64,000 bases of DNA from NCBI RefSeq assembly GCF_009914755.1, contig NC_060925.1. One strand, written 5' to 3'. Position 1 is the stretch's first letter. Each line of letters begins with the position of its first letter. Position numbers and translations under genes: made by a program. The notes beneath the pieces are model-generated. The model was not told the origin of the DNA, ran no database searches, and worked only from the letters and a program-made list of their open reading frames with translations. Below are positions 1 to 14,753 of the stretch, in pieces. This DNA is from the human T2T-CHM13v2.0 reference genome, Homo sapiens.

Positions 1-3000
1 TGGATTTTCCATTGTAATGTACAATTACATTTTTTAAATTTGTCAACTTTTAGGATTTTTTTCCTTGATTCAGGAAGGCAAGGATAATCTTTTTCCTCTG
101 ACACTGACTTTGCAAGAGGTTGTCAGTGATATTAGCGATACATTGGGATTGATGTCAGGTAGCCAGTAGAGACAAAATTCAAACCATCTCCTGCTTTGTA
201 TATCCACTTCTTTATCTCAGATGTGGCTTTCTCTATGCACCTGTCCCTGGGAGCCACCCCTCAGAATCAACCCCTTCATCCCCCAGCACATGCAAGTTGC
301 CTGTAGCTCCAGGCTGCATTTATTTCATTCTGCTTCAATTTGTTTTTTTTTAACTGTACCTTTAGATGTTTAATATACCTCTAGACTGACTGCCCCAGGC
401 AAGCACAGATGTTTCAATCCCTCTTTATATTATCCCTATGCCTAGCCTATAGTTGGTACTCAGCCTATTTTTTATAGGCACATTCCTTTCACAAACACAA
501 ATACACACAAAAATGATTGGGGAGCCAAGAGAGGCTTGGTTTGATTCTAGTGGACAGTCACTATACAGTTTATGTGATACCAGGTTATATAGGTGCAACC
601 CTGAGCCACCATTAGAGTTTATGTGCTTTGTTCCTAGAAACTTGCACCCTGAAAGGGAGACATTTTACCTTAGCACTGTGAGAAGGGAGTAATGATCTCT
701 AGCCCACATTCTGCTCTGGAATTACACCCCTAGGAAGTATTTGAGCTCATCCAGAGCCATGGGAGGGGGCTCGGTCCTTTGCCAAGTCCCATGCCCTGCC
801 CAGACCATGATCCTGGGAGATGTCTTACTCCCAAGGGGACTTTGGATGAGGGTCCTCTAGAGAGCTGTGCAGCCCTGTGAGGCTCAGCAGAGACCCTGGT
901 GCAAGCTTTAAGAGTGGTGTTGGGCATGACAATGTACAGTGTAGCCCCTGGGAACTAGGGACTCCTGGAGGGTGTGAGAGATGCTGGAAAGAACACGGAG
1001 GACTCTGCAGCTGTGCCAGAGGCAGCCATGTGCCCAGGGGCTGGTGCTACTGAGGAAGACAGCGAGCCACAGACCCACCACCCAGGAGTGCGTGTGGAGT
1101 GGAGCAGAAGGATAGGCATCAGGCTAAAAAGACCTTTGCGCTGATGAAAGTTGGGGGTCACCCTTGGCATACATTCTAACATAGAGACTTTTCATTCTCC
1201 AAGCAAGCTCCTCACTGAGGAGCTATAATAGTGTGATTTGAAGTGACTGAGCTGCAGGAGAAGTCACTTAAGGCAGTGCTGTCAAGTCATAAGGTGACGC
1301 AGCAGGAAAGTGGTGCTAACTAGATGGGCTAGGAATATTGGCCCCACAGGTGAACTCTGAAGAGTAGCTTGGTTGCCCTGATCAGTCCAGCCCATTCTTA
1401 CCCCATAAGAGGGGTAAGTGTTAAAGCCCACAGCTTTACCTTAACCCCCGTGCTTTGCAGCATGGACAGTCAGCCTTCTCTCCTGGCCTTCTCATTTAGG
1501 TAAATAGGGAATGCTCTTGAAGGAGGCTCTCCCAATCTCCTGGCCTCGGCCGTCGAATTGAAAAAGGGTCTGCTTCTTAACCTCTGAAAATAAACTGTCT
1601 GATCTGTGCTACCTAAGGCAAAGATGGCGAGCTCTGGATCAGCTACTTCTGCCCTTCACCTTGTCTTTGGGCATGAACCAGATACATAGCATCTCCTCCA
1701 TGCCTTTCCCTTTCTTGTCAGGAAAGCTAATGATGTTGGAGACCCAGACCTGCTGATTTGGTTACTGGCCGTTAGATTCAAGTCAACACATGCAGCCTGG
1801 GTAAATGAGGCTCTACAGGCATGCGGGCGCTTGGAGGGCATCTCTTTGTTCTTTGGCTCCATGAAATGGCTCTGCTTGGCAGCTGCCCCTTGCCTGCAGT
1901 TTCTCCTGTCATGGTCTTGGAAGGCAGGACCATGGTGTGGGTGGGAAGAGCTTGGAACAGCACATCTTTCATTTGGACCCAGCTGCTTCTCTGTATCCCC
2001 ACACTCAGGACCTGGCTTCTCTCTGCAGCAACATTAGCCGCCTATACTGGAGAGTGACTAATAACTCATCTTCTCTGCCTGCCTTTCTCAGGGGTAAGGT
2101 AAAGTCAAGCTCAGTACTCTTCGAGCCGTGAAACTTCTTTTCTCATCTTGACTCCACTTGAGAGGGAGCCTTCCAAGCAAGTGAAATGCCATCAGTACGG
2201 TGCACTTCTTTCCCCAACCCTTGGGAAGTGGCTGTTTCCTAGCCTGGATCACTACATTAATATCCAGATCTACAGCTGACATCTTTGGATTTCTTATGAC
2301 TTTATTGCATGAACAGAAGCATTTTTAATCTACAGAAGACTCTGCTTTGTGTGACACACGTTTAATGTCATCCTTAGACTGCCTCTATCTGTAAAATGCC
2401 AGCTCTTAAAATATTAATCTCTAATGTGCACTCAAGACTTTACTCAATTACCATGGGATTTTTCAAATAAGCATCATCATTCCCGCAGCCCTGACTGCAT
2501 TAAGAGAAAAATGCTTACCGGCCCATTGTTTCCTGAGCGTGGGATGATGGTCTTGCTTTGTTTCCGTAAATGTTACACTGGCACGGCTGTGTTGGCTACT
2601 GCAGATTTATTGTCATTCATGCCCAAGCTCAAGCATTATCAGTTTTCCTTTCCAGTGCCAAACTTTAAAAGGTGCCGTCTCTGATAGGGATCGTGAATCA
2701 TAATTATGGTAAATGAGAGGCAGTTGAAACTGTTCTGTCAAAGCTGATTTGTCAGAGTGCGGATTTCAGTCCGGAGAGGGAGCAGCCTCCTCATTACCAC
2801 CAGCAGTCATTCCACTTTGATTATTTTTTGAAAATCACATCAGTTTCAAAGACCTTTATTTTCCTTCTCCCTGAAGACAGTCTTGAGTGTCAGTGTTTTG
2901 TGAGGGGTACCCATATAATACGTGCTGGCATTTTCTCCCACTTTTATCCCTTTCTGGGTATTGAAACCCACCTGTGGCCACCTTAGATGACCATTTTCAT

Positions 3001-3065
3001 TTCCAGTGTGTATTTAAGAAAGCCCAGGATACAATAGAAACGTGCTACTAGGAAACAGTTTGTTA

Positions 3066-3434
<369 letters not shown>

Positions 3435-4499
3435 TTAATTTTGGTTAAAAGACCAGAGTTAACTTCATGGCAGCAGAGGGGTAGGGAAAATGGGGAACTC
3501 AAAAGCATAAGCTAATATTTCAGGAGCTCTGTGTTCTGAAATCCAATTAGGGAAGACAGATCCCCTCTGCTTTGATAGAAACCAGTAGCAAACAGCACAC
3601 TATTGTGATATTTTGTAACTCTTCAAGAGCATCTATGCTTATGTCCCAAATGTTCCGAGACCTTTATAGACCTTTCGAGAGGCCTCATTCCCTGGTTCTT
3701 TCCTAGCCCTTGAGCTGTTCCCAGTTGTAAATCAAAAACCAGGAAAGTGACTGCCACTGAAATCTGTGACCCTGACTCACTCATCCCTACATCTGCTCTG
3801 CCCTGCTCTGTGCTCCAAGGTGCTTTTCAAGGGTCCTGACCCCACGCTACTCTTTTTGTGACCCTCGAACACACTGGAATTGAAGTGATGTGCCTGGCTA
3901 AGGAAGAGGTATTGTCGGGAAAGTTAACCCAAGTAATCCAGCACAAAGGCCAACTCTCGTTGGCCTCCTGGACCCCATCCCCTTGCAGATATCAAATACT
4001 GACAGGCCCAGCCATGGTTTTATTTGAGGCTTTTAAAGTTAAGGTCCCATATGTTAAATATCACAACTTGAGTACTTTAATTTTAAAAACATGTAACCCT
4101 GGAGTTTTGCTTTGTGGTTAAATCTCCCTTTTCTTTCGGTAGTTCCAGCAGCTTTCTAGGAGAGGTTGGCATTGGCATGTGTCCCCCCATCAGTCCCCGC
4201 CAGCTGTCCCTTTTGCTCAGGGTATCTCCTGTTGGTATCTGTGATTTAGTCTGACTTTGTAAATATTCCCTCCAAACCCCACAGCACTTTAGAGGAGAAC
4301 ACAGTGGCAGCAGACATAAACAATGACACTTATGAAGCCACAGTTTCTAGCTGGAGAATCATCTTTTGTTTACAGGGAGTGACAGTCAAAAGAAGAGGCA
4401 AAAGAGATGAACCAGGGAAATGAGAGGGATGAAGGAAAGAGCAGGAGACAAAGGAAATTCGCCAGGATTTATTGAGCATCCTCCTGAATTTGGAGTCTA

Positions 4500-4985
4500 A
4501 ATTAGACTCTGGTGGAGTAAGAAGGGAAATGTTATAATTCTGTGTTGCAGATATTGATGTAAGGTGAGGAATCCTGCATACTGTCAGGCCTGGTGAGGTA
4601 GCTCGGAAGTACTAAAGAGCAGCATATCAGCAAGTTGAAAGAGATCATCTAGATTGAGATGAATGCATGAATCTTAAAGAGGTAAAGAATCAAAGGGTGA
4701 GATTGGCTGGGGAAATTTTCCTGGAAGTGAATGTTAAACCCATTTTGAAAGATCAAATGTTGGAAAAGACTGGCCAGGAGCCTTCTGTGGCTGGGGGATG
4801 GGATGGCATGATTACAAGGCCCAGGTTTGGGCAGGAATGAAGTTAATGACTGGGGTGGAGAATCTATTTTGGAGACTGATAAGATGAAATTAGTGGCATA
4901 AGAGGCAGTTGGAGAATGACGTAGAAGAAGCCAAACTGATGGGTTTAATTTAGGCCATAACACAATGGGAATCCACTGCAAGTGG
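4500..4985 (-). mobile_element. L2 fragment (degenerate)
   Basis: Purine-rich antisense L2-like phrases such as ttcctggaagtgaatgttaaacccattttgaaagat; boundaries approximate. Confidence 0.4.
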
Positions 4986-6764
4986 GACCCCCTGAAGGTA
5001 GGGACTTGCCCACCCTTGTTAGACTAAATGCTTCCTGACAACAAAGAACTTGCCTTTTCTTTTCCTTTATATTACCCTTGTCATCTGTTGATTTTTGTTT
5101 TTGCTGACTGACCAACCGACCAGACTTTGTGTGTGCAGTACTGGGTTGCTTTGAAAACCTAGAGTATACACCTATCAGGGCCATGGGCCATGGGCCCTGC
5201 CTCTGAGGCCCTCTCCATGCTTTTGCTGCCACAAAAGCATTACACCACAAACCCAGATGAGGGATGAAATGCTTCGGGAACCAGCTAGGCATTTCTTTAT
5301 TGCACTTGTCCTCAGAGCACTTTCTTCTAGAGACTCCAAGGCATTGTACCAGCACAGTAACCTTTAAGTTGCACAAGTTTATTTTATAGTGAACATTTTC
5401 CTAACAGCCATGATAAATGAGTTTGAAGATTAGGACCGGCAGGAGTGGCACTGAATAGGATGTGAGTGAGAGGCAGGGATGGAAAGGAAACATCCAGGAG
5501 AAACCCATAGTTCACATGCTGATTAGAGGAGGTGTATGTCCAAGATGGTGGTAATTTTGATCCCTGGATTTGGGATCTGCTGATGGAGCAAAGATTGGGA
5601 AATGCCTTAGGGGCAAGGGAGGGTGGGCTCTTTCCCCTACCTCTTCTCCTCCTGACTCTGTGGTGGGAGAAATCATGCATCCCTTCCTCATATGGACATC
5701 CTTATTGGCCCCTTTACTTCTGGCTTTTAGTACCCCCTACCCCGCCCCCACCTTTTCCTTTGGCCTAGGGAAGCTTATAAATGCTTTCAGCATCGTCTTA
5801 GGAGAAAGGTGGGAAGACAGGCAGGCAGCCAGAAAATCTTGGTGGTTATTAAACTGAGGCTTCAAGGACCTTTTTATTAGCAATTAGACTCAGCTCTGCA
5901 GCACTAAAGAGTGTAAATTCCCACTGTGTCTCCTTTGCCCAAACCTCCAAAGAATCTGTTTTATATGGTGTTTATTTATAACCCAGAATAGACCTGGGCC
6001 TGGGAGCCCTGGGGATGCTGAGACTTCAATGTGCTCTCAAACAGAAGAAGAGGGTTAGAAACCCCAGGGAGGGAAACAGTATATACCCCTTTCTGGTGTA
6101 CACCTCCCCTGGGCCTTGGCATGTCCCTGTTTGTGACTGAGAGCTAGTTTTGATGCATGACATCTTAAAAAGTGCTTTTGGTGCTTTGCTTTGCTTGTTT
6201 GTTTGCAGTCTCTGGTGTGAAGATTGTAATACCACAAAGACACATGTGTCATCAGAACTTTGATCTTCCAGGACATCATTAGATCACTTAAACTGATAAA
6301 ATGTGTAAACCTGTATAAGGACTTTCTTTAGACAGTTAGTTACTGCAGTAACTCATTATAAGAAAAGGATTTGGTCAGGTGACTTTTCTACTTGGCAGAT
6401 AAAGGGGGAACCTGAGGGGAAGGGTGACAGTTATTTGATGGCAAAATGTTGGAGATAGACAGAAGTGTAGTAGGTACTGACTTACCCTGACACACCCACA
6501 TACCCTCTGTAGGCTTCTCTGCAGCCAGTGTTAGGTGTGTGGAGAACAGCTGGCTGTCATCTGGATTAAGCATAATCAACAGGTATATGTGGCTGTTGAA
6601 TCCATAGCTTTGACCCCTTAGCACTAAGTGACCTGGATCTGATGGTGACATTTTTAGGACTAATGGTTTTAAGTAAAGAACATCCCTGAGAAAGCAGTTC
6701 AGTGTTCTTGGTGTCTTCAAATGCTGATGAAAGATATAGGAATGCTACTCATTATGATAATGGC

Positions 6765-6963
6765 TTTTTAAAACCCCAGCTTTATTGGAGTGTAACTGAT
6801 ACACAAAAACTGCACATATTAATGTGTACAATTTGATGAGTTTGGACATATGCATGCACCCATGAAACCATCAACATAAAGTAATAAGCATATCCATTAC
6901 CTCCAAAAGTTTCCCTGTACCCCTTTGGGGTGTGTGCGTGTGCGTGTTAAGAACACTTAACAT
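6765..6963 (-). mobile_element. Old L1M (L1MA9/10-like) 3' end
   Basis: cagctttattggag...gtgtacaatttgatgagtttggacatatgc...ctccaaaagtttcc matches the antisense L1MA9-type 3'UTR. Confidence 0.7.
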
Positions 6964-7192
6964 AATGAGAACACATGGACACAGGAAGGGGAACATCACA
7001 CACCGGGGACTGTTGTGGGGTCGGGGGAGGGGGGAGGGATAGCATTAGGAGATATACCTAATGCTAAATGACGAGTTAATGAGTGCAGCACACCAACATG
7101 ACGTATGTTTACATATGTAACAAACCTGCACGTTGTGCACATGTACCCTAAAACTTAAAGTATAATAATAATAACATTGAAAAAAAGAAAAA
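6964..7192 (+). mobile_element. 5'-truncated L1PA (PA3-5-like) 3' end with 15-bp TSD
   Basis: L1PA 3'UTR with G-tract and A-tail; TSD AAGAACACTTAA(cat/tgt) at 6949-6963 and 7193-7207. Confidence 0.92.
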
Positions 7193-8137
7193 AAGAACAC
7201 TTAATGTGATTTTCCTTGAATGAAGTATGCTGCTGCTGGCCCATTATTAGTAAGTATAAACCTTTCATGTGTATGCAGTGTTAAAATCTCCAAAGCACTA
7301 TCCATGGGCACAGCATATCTTTCCATTTTTTGGTGTGTTTACTTTCTTTCATCAATGTTTTATGGTTTTCAATGTACAAATCTTTGGCCTTCTTGGCTAA
7401 ATTTATTCCTAAGTATTTTATTCTTTGTCATTCTATTTTATTCTTTTTTGTTGTTCTTTTAAAAATGATATTTTTTCTTAATTTTCTTTTTGGATCATTT
7501 ATTGTTTACAGGAAAGCAACTGATTTTTATGTTACTTTTGTATCCTCTGATTTTACTGAATTTGTTTAACGGGTTTTTTTTTTGCAGTCTTTAGGGTTTT
7601 TTACGTATAAGATCATGTCATCTATAAACAGACATAATGTTATTTCTTCCTTTCCAGTTCATATGCCTTTTATTTATTTTTCTTGTCTGATTACTCTGGC
7701 TAGTATTTCCAATACTATGTTGAAAAGATGTGGTGAGAGTGGGCATTCTTGCTTGTTTCTGATCTTAGCAAAAAGACTTTCAGTTTTTCAATGTCAAACA
7801 TGTTAGCTGTGGCTTGTCATATATGGACTTTATTGTATTGAAATAAATTTATTCCGTACCTAGTGTGTTGGGAGTTTTTATCATAAAAGTTTGTTTAATT
7901 TTGCCAAATGCTTTTTCTCCATGTGTTAAGATGATAACGAAGGCTTTTGTCCTTCATTCTGTTAATGTGATGTATCATGCTAATTGATTTGTGTAAGTTG
8001 AGACATCCTTGCACCTTAGGGGTAGATCCCAGTTAAACATGACGAACGATTCTTTCAACGTACTGTTGAATTTGGTTTGCTAGTATTTTGTTGAGTGTTC
8101 TTGCATCTATGTGCATTAGGGATATTGGCCTGTAGGA

Positions 8138-8442
8138 TTTTTTTTTTTTTTTTTTTTTTTTTGAAATGGAGTCTCACTCTGTCACCCAGGCTGGAGTACA
8201 GTAGTGCAATCTCAGCTCACTGCAACCTTGCCTCCTGAGTTCAAGCAATTCTCCTGTCTCAGTCTTACAAATAGTGGGATTACAGGCATGCACCACCACG
8301 CTGGGCTAATTTTTGTATTTTTAGTCGAGACAGGGTTTCACCATGTTGGCCAGGCTGGTCTTGAACTCCTGACCTCATGTGATCTGCCTGCCTCAGCCTC
8401 TCAAAGTTCTGGGGTTACAGATGTGAGCCACTGCGCCCAGTT
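8138..8442 (-). mobile_element. AluS inserted in L1
   Basis: T25 tail and full dimer; ttggcctgta on both flanks. Confidence 0.95.
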
Positions 8443-9343
8443 GGCCTGTAATTTTTTAATGATGTCTTTGTCTGGCTTTGGTATAGGGTAATGATGGCCT
8501 CATAAAATGAGTTTGGAAGTGTTCTTTTTCTTCAGTTCTTTTGATGAGTTGGAGAAGGATTGGTGTTACTTTTTATTTAAATTTTTGGTAGAATCCACCA
8601 GTGAAGACATCAGGTCCTGGACTTTTCTTTGTTGTGAGGTTTTTAATTACTGATTCATTCTCTTTGTTATTAGTCTGTTTAGATTTTCCTGATTCATTCT
8701 TGGTAGGTTGTATGTTTCAAGATATATGTGAAAAGATGCTCAATATCACCAGTCATCATGGAAATGAAAATCAAAATCACAATGAGATATCATTTCATAT
8801 GTGTTAGGATGGCTATTATTTTCTAGAAAAAAAAGATAACAGATGTTGGTGAGGATGTGGAAAAATAGAACTCTTGTACATTGTTGGTACAGCCACTATG
8901 GAAAACAGTATGGAGATTCCTTAAAAAAATAAAAAAGAGCTACTATGTGATTCAGTGATCACACTTCTGAGTATACAAAATAATTGAAATCAGTATCTAG
9001 AAGAGGTATCTATATTTCCATATTCATTTCAGCATTATTCACAACAGCCAAGATACAGAAATAACCTAAATATCTATTGATACATGAATTGATAAAGAAA
9101 ATGTGGTATATACATACAATGTAATATTATTCAGCCTCAAAAAAGAAGAAATTCCTGCCAGTTGCAACATCGTGAATGAACATGGAGAATATTCTATTCA
9201 GTGAGATAAGCCTGTAACAGAAGGACAAATACTGTATGATTCCAGTTATATACATAAGGCTATGAAGGTGAAATAAGCCCATAACAGAAAGAGAAATACT
9301 GTATGATTTCACTTATATGAGGGATCTAAAAATAGTCAAACTC

Positions 9344-9788
9344 CACATGTATGTAGATGTTTACTGTAGCACTATTCACAATAGCAAAGACATGGAATCA
9401 ACCTAAAAGCCCATCAATGGCAGATTGGATAAAGAAAATGTGGTACATATCCACCATGGAATACTGCGCAGCCATGGAAAACAATGAGATCATGTCCTTT
9501 GCAAGAACATGGATGGAGCTGGAGGCCATTATCTTTAGCAGAAACGGAAAACCACACACTGCATGTTCTCACTTATAAGTGGGAGCTAAAAGATAAGGAC
9601 ACATGGACACACAGAGGGGAATGACAGACACGGGAGATGGAGGGTGGGAGGAGGGAGAGAATCAGGAAAAATAACTAATGGATACTAGGCTTAATACATA
9701 GGTGATGAAATTATCTGTATAACAAACCCCTGTGACATGAGTTTACCTATATAACAACCAGCACATGTACCCCTAAACTTAAAGGTTA
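9344..9788 (+). mobile_element. Truncated L1PA13-like 3' end nested in L1MA 3'UTR
   Basis: ORF2 C-terminus (MFTVALFTIAKTWNQPK) plus 3'UTR; perfect 16-bp TSD AAAAATAGTCAAACTC at 9328-9343 and 9789-9804. Confidence 0.9.
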
Positions 9789-10039
9789 AAAAATAGTCAA
9801 ACTCATAGAAGCGAAGAATAGAATGGTGGTTGCCAGGTGCCGGGGGTGAGAGGAAGGGGGTCTTGCTAATCAATGGGTATAAAATATTAGTTATGCAAGA
9901 TGAAGAATTTCTAGAGATCCACTGGCTAGCATTGTGCCTATAGTTAACGATACTGTATTATATACTTAAACAATTGTTAGCAGTGTAGATTTCATACTGT
10001 GTTCTTGCCATGATTTAAAAAAAATCTCCAGAGTCTTTA

Positions 10040-10225
10040 TATATTGTCTCATCTGATCTTCACAGCACCTCATACTCAAAGAAGGTTTTAGTGCTGCTAG
10101 TGCATACTAAGTATGTATACTTAAGCTGAGCAGGTTTACTTGACAAATTCGAGGTTACAGAAGTTGGTGAGTGGCAGAGCAGGGCCAAGGTCACATCTTC
10201 TAGCTCTCAAGCACTGCGCTCTTTC
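10040..10225 (-). mobile_element. MIR
   Basis: gaggttacag...gtgagtggcagagcaggg resembles antisense MIR core. Confidence 0.55.
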
Positions 10226-10866
10226 TTGTCCCATACTTCGCCACTGTTGCTGCTTGGGCTGTTTTCTAGCGGCAAATGTGCTTGGACTGAGCCATTCAGA
10301 CTCTCTCAGCCTCTCTTTCTGTGAGAAAGATAGAGCTTTTGTGAAGCCAGAGTTTGGGTTTTGAACTATGAAGTTGTGGTTGAATCTTTCTCTAAGATGG
10401 AAGCTACAAGCTTGGGTTCATCAGCACAATACTTCAACTCACTGAACTACCAGCTTCATGGAGCGAAAAGAAAGATTATTTAAATGTTGGCATCTAATTA
10501 CATTTACCTAGAAGTTGAAGTGTAGGCTAAATATAGCTTGAATTTAATTTCTGTTTTATAAACCCTACAATGTTCTGTTGCCAAAGAGGGCATAGAATTT
10601 TTAATAGATAATTTTCAGAATTGCATATGAAGCTTATGTACAGCATCTTTTAGTAAAGGAGCTGAGAATTAGCCCAGCTCAAAATATTTTCCCTGCTTTG
10701 AAAATAGACTCCTCTTAGCCTTATGGAGGATGACAAAGCCTGTGGTTGCCCATTAACCAACTGCTGGTTATTACTTGTTAAAATGCTGTTATTATCTCTA
10801 CTGGACAGAAAAATATTAAAAGCAAATTATATTCCTTTTTGTGTACATCTTCCTTTGAAAACTTTT

Positions 10867-11746
10867 CTTTCTTTAAAAAAAAAAAAGGGGGATACGTGTA
10901 CAGAACGTGCAGGTTTGTTACATAGGTATACGTGTGCCATGGTGGTTTGCTGCACCTATTGACCTGTCCTCTAAGTTCCCTCCCCCCACCCCCCACCCCC
11001 CAGCAGGCCCTGGTGTGTGTTGTTCCCCTGTCTGTATCCACGTGTCTCATTGTTCAATTCCCACTTATGAGTGAGAACATGCGGTGTTTGGTTTTCTGTT
11101 CCTGTGTTAGTTTGCTGAGGATGATGGTTTCCAGCTTCATCCATGTCCCTGCAAAGGACATGATCTCATTCCTTTATATGTCTGCATAGTATTCCACACA
11201 TTTTCTTCATCCAGTCTATCATTGATGGGCATTTGGGTTGGTTCCAAGTCTTTGCTATTGTGAATAGTGCTGCAAAAAACATATGTGTGCATGTGTCTTT
11301 ATAGTAGAATGATTTATAGTCCTTTGGTTATATACCCAGTAATGAGATTGCTGGGTCAAATGGTATTTCTGGTTCTAGATCCTCGAAGAATTGCCATACT
11401 ATCTTCCACGATGGTTGAACTAATTTACATTCCCACCAATAGTGTGAAAGCATTCCTCTTTCTCCACAGCCTCATCAGCATCTATTGTTTCCTGACTTTT
11501 TAATAATCACCATTCTGACTGGTGTGAGATGGTATCTCACTGTGGTTTTGATTTGCATTTCTCTGATGCTGAGTGATGTTGAGCTTTCTTTCATATGTTT
11601 ATTGGTCACATAAATGTCTTCTTTTGAGAAGTGTCTGTTCATATCCTTTTCCCACTTTTTGATGGGATTATTTGTTTTTTTCTTATAAATACATTTAAGT
11701 TCCTTGTAAATTCTGGGTATTAGACCGTTGTCAGATGGGTAGATTG
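10867..11746 (-). mobile_element. Truncated L1PA8A-like 3' end
   Basis: L1PA 3'UTR (cctctaagttccctcc variant) and ORF2 tail; TSD TGAAAACTTTT at 10856-66 and 11747-57. Confidence 0.88.
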
Positions 11747-14444
11747 TGAAAACTTTTTATAAGTAGATATGTAGCTTCCTTTCTGAGAACTACCTAGAAG
11801 ATGGAGATTTGGCTGGAGGGTCATCACTGGCTATGAGAAAGAACACTAAAATGTGGGCCAAGGCCAAAGCTAGAGCCAGGGTTGGGTCAGGGGAGCTACT
11901 GCCCATGAGAGCTGGGCTCAGGACAGCACAGCCAGCTCTGTAGAGAAGAGAAACCTGAGCAGGGGCTGGTCTCAGGGCCCAGATGGAGCCAAGGTGAGGT
12001 CACCTCACCACCAGTGTAACATGGACAAAAGTCTTGCCTTTCCTAGCCACTAAAGGCTCTGTTCTTTAAAGGACTAGTACTTTTACTTTGGGTGGTAAAT
12101 CTCTTAGGGTTGGAGTAGTTCCAGAGGTGTGGTGACACATACTTTTGACTTTAGTAGGGTAATTAGGATTACAAAGTGTGGAGAAACTTCAGCATCTTTC
12201 AATGCTCTGTATTCTTTAGGAATAGGTGTCTTCCAAAGTCTCCCAGTACCTGGTACAGGACCTTATAATCAATCATCCTTTCATTTCTGTTGCTTATAAT
12301 GGGTCCATGACAATGGTGACAATTTTTAACAAGTTTAAAAGCTATTCGAGGCTATCAGCAGTAAATGGAAATTATGTTACGTATTTAAGTACTGTTGACT
12401 AGTAGCTGTGTAACATACACACGCATACACATACACACATCACATATCTAGTGCTGTCTGAATGAATCTTACAATTGAGTTAAAATGACACCCATAATAG
12501 ACACATTTTGGTAAAAAGCTGTTCAATCAGTGGAACAGACAGTACACACAGTAGGTTCCTGGGTTAAATTGCAAGTTGGAAAATGCAAAAGAGACTTCCT
12601 GGAGTTGGGAAATCAACTGGATTTTGTAGACTGAGTAGGTGTTGGAAAATCAGGGAGGATGGAGCAGTGTCTTCTAGATGTGAAAATGGTATGACCAAAG
12701 GCACGGAGCTGTCAAATCCTCTTTTATTCAGGATTTTAGGATTTGTCACCAAAGCCAAGTGGGGAGAAGGGAAATAAGGGTGGAAAGTTAAGGTGGAGCT
12801 AGAGTAGGATGTCAGCAACTGCCTGCCCCAGCCCGGCCGAGGAATGGGTAAGTGATTACAGGAAACCAGCAAGCCCACCTCGGCTCAGTGCAGGAAACCG
12901 TAGTAAAAGCCATGTCTGTCAGTGTCTGGTGCTTCATCTTCATACTTTGTTGGGGTCTGGGATTAGTCTGTCATAGAGTTAGGTGATAATGTAGCAAGCC
13001 AAGGAGCTATTGTATAGGTCCTTGGAAAAAAGAAGTGTTGCGATTTTAAGATTAATGCGTTTACCACATGGATTGTTACCACCCCTGTCTCCCACTGTAG
13101 GGCGTATATTTGTGTTGTTTTTCATAGTAGGTATGAGGGAGCTAGATATTTTCTTCTCCCTTTGTGTACCTCTACTCAGCATCACCCTAGCCACCAACTT
13201 TTTATGCCCCACTTCTGACACAGGCAGACGTCTGCAGGATGTCAGGGAGTTGAGATAGCAGGTGTTATCTCTGCTTGTGGGACAGAGGGCAACTACTTAG
13301 TCTGTTCAAAAGCGGAAGTTATACCTCTTGTCTTCTGACACTGAACAGTGGCTAACAGAGCTCATTGGCTTAAATCCCTTTGTAAATTGTAATCATTATT
13401 CTCTTGAGCAAGAATTCTTTCCTAGAAAGGACATTTTTCAGTTAATAAAACATCAGTGGATGTTTCTGTGGAGACTGTTTTGAAGATTTGGTTAAACGAG
13501 AAATATATCAGTGAAAGCACCCAGCCCTGGGGTTTCTGGAACTACAACATTCTAGGAGCAGATTTTACCTCTCCTATATAAAATAGGCCTAGTTATTTCC
13601 TTGGAGGGTTGTTTTAATGATTAGAAATAGTATGCATAAAGCACCTGGTGCATGGGCACTCAGTAAAGGGTAGAAGTCATCAATACTGTCTACTATTTAT
13701 ATAGATTCCTCCTCCTGAGTTGGGGGTTTGCTGTGGTGCATTGATTCAGTGAGATGCTTTTAAATTAAGAAGGTGGCTGCAGCATTTTCTGTAAGCAGTG
13801 ACCACGCGAAGCCGGCCAGGCAGAGGCAGGCTTCGTGAAGACTCAACCTGACATAGTCACTGACGAGAAGCAATCTTTTTAGTTTTGCTTTGCTGAGAAG
13901 GTGGTGCTGATTGCTTTCTTCCATTGGGAAATCAATTTATTGTGCAGCAAATCTTAGTAAGCAGTTTCATACTATTGCTTTTCTAAAAAAAGAGACATGT
14001 TTCTGTTTTTATTAATCATGGAACTGACAGAAGATGGTAGAATTTGTAAAAGAAAATAACCTGTTTGCTCTCCTTTTTACCACACGTACTGTCTTCTATA
14101 AATTAGGAATAAAGAAGGGATTTTTATCTTCCAGTCTTGAAGCTATACCCTCTTCTGGTTTGAGACAAACAGCCTCATGTCCTTGGAGACCTGCCATATA
14201 TGAATTTCTGGAATAAAAGGAATTTTCAGAGATTTTTGTTGGCTGTCATTTTGAAGGCAAAGTAACAGCCATGGTTCCAGGAGATGCCCAAAATAGCTGG
14301 GCATGTAATTTTGGGGCTAGATGCTTCCTGATCACAAGCTTGAAAACATGTCCTCCTTGGAGTTGAATCTAAGATCAAGTACCATTGGTGTGGAGAATGA
14401 GAGGTTTGTGTGCTATGGTTTTCTGACATATACAGTGCAGCTAA

Positions 14445-14753
<309 letters not shown>

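Larger units (their letters stand above)
7296..10020 (+). mobile_element. 5'-inverted L1MA (L1MA7/8-like): antisense ORF2 segment 7296-~8720, sense 3' segment ~8721-10020
   Basis: TSD AAAATCTCCA(a/g)AG at 7283-7295 and 10021-10033; left copy preceded by TT (TT|AAAA endonuclease site). Confidence 0.8.
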
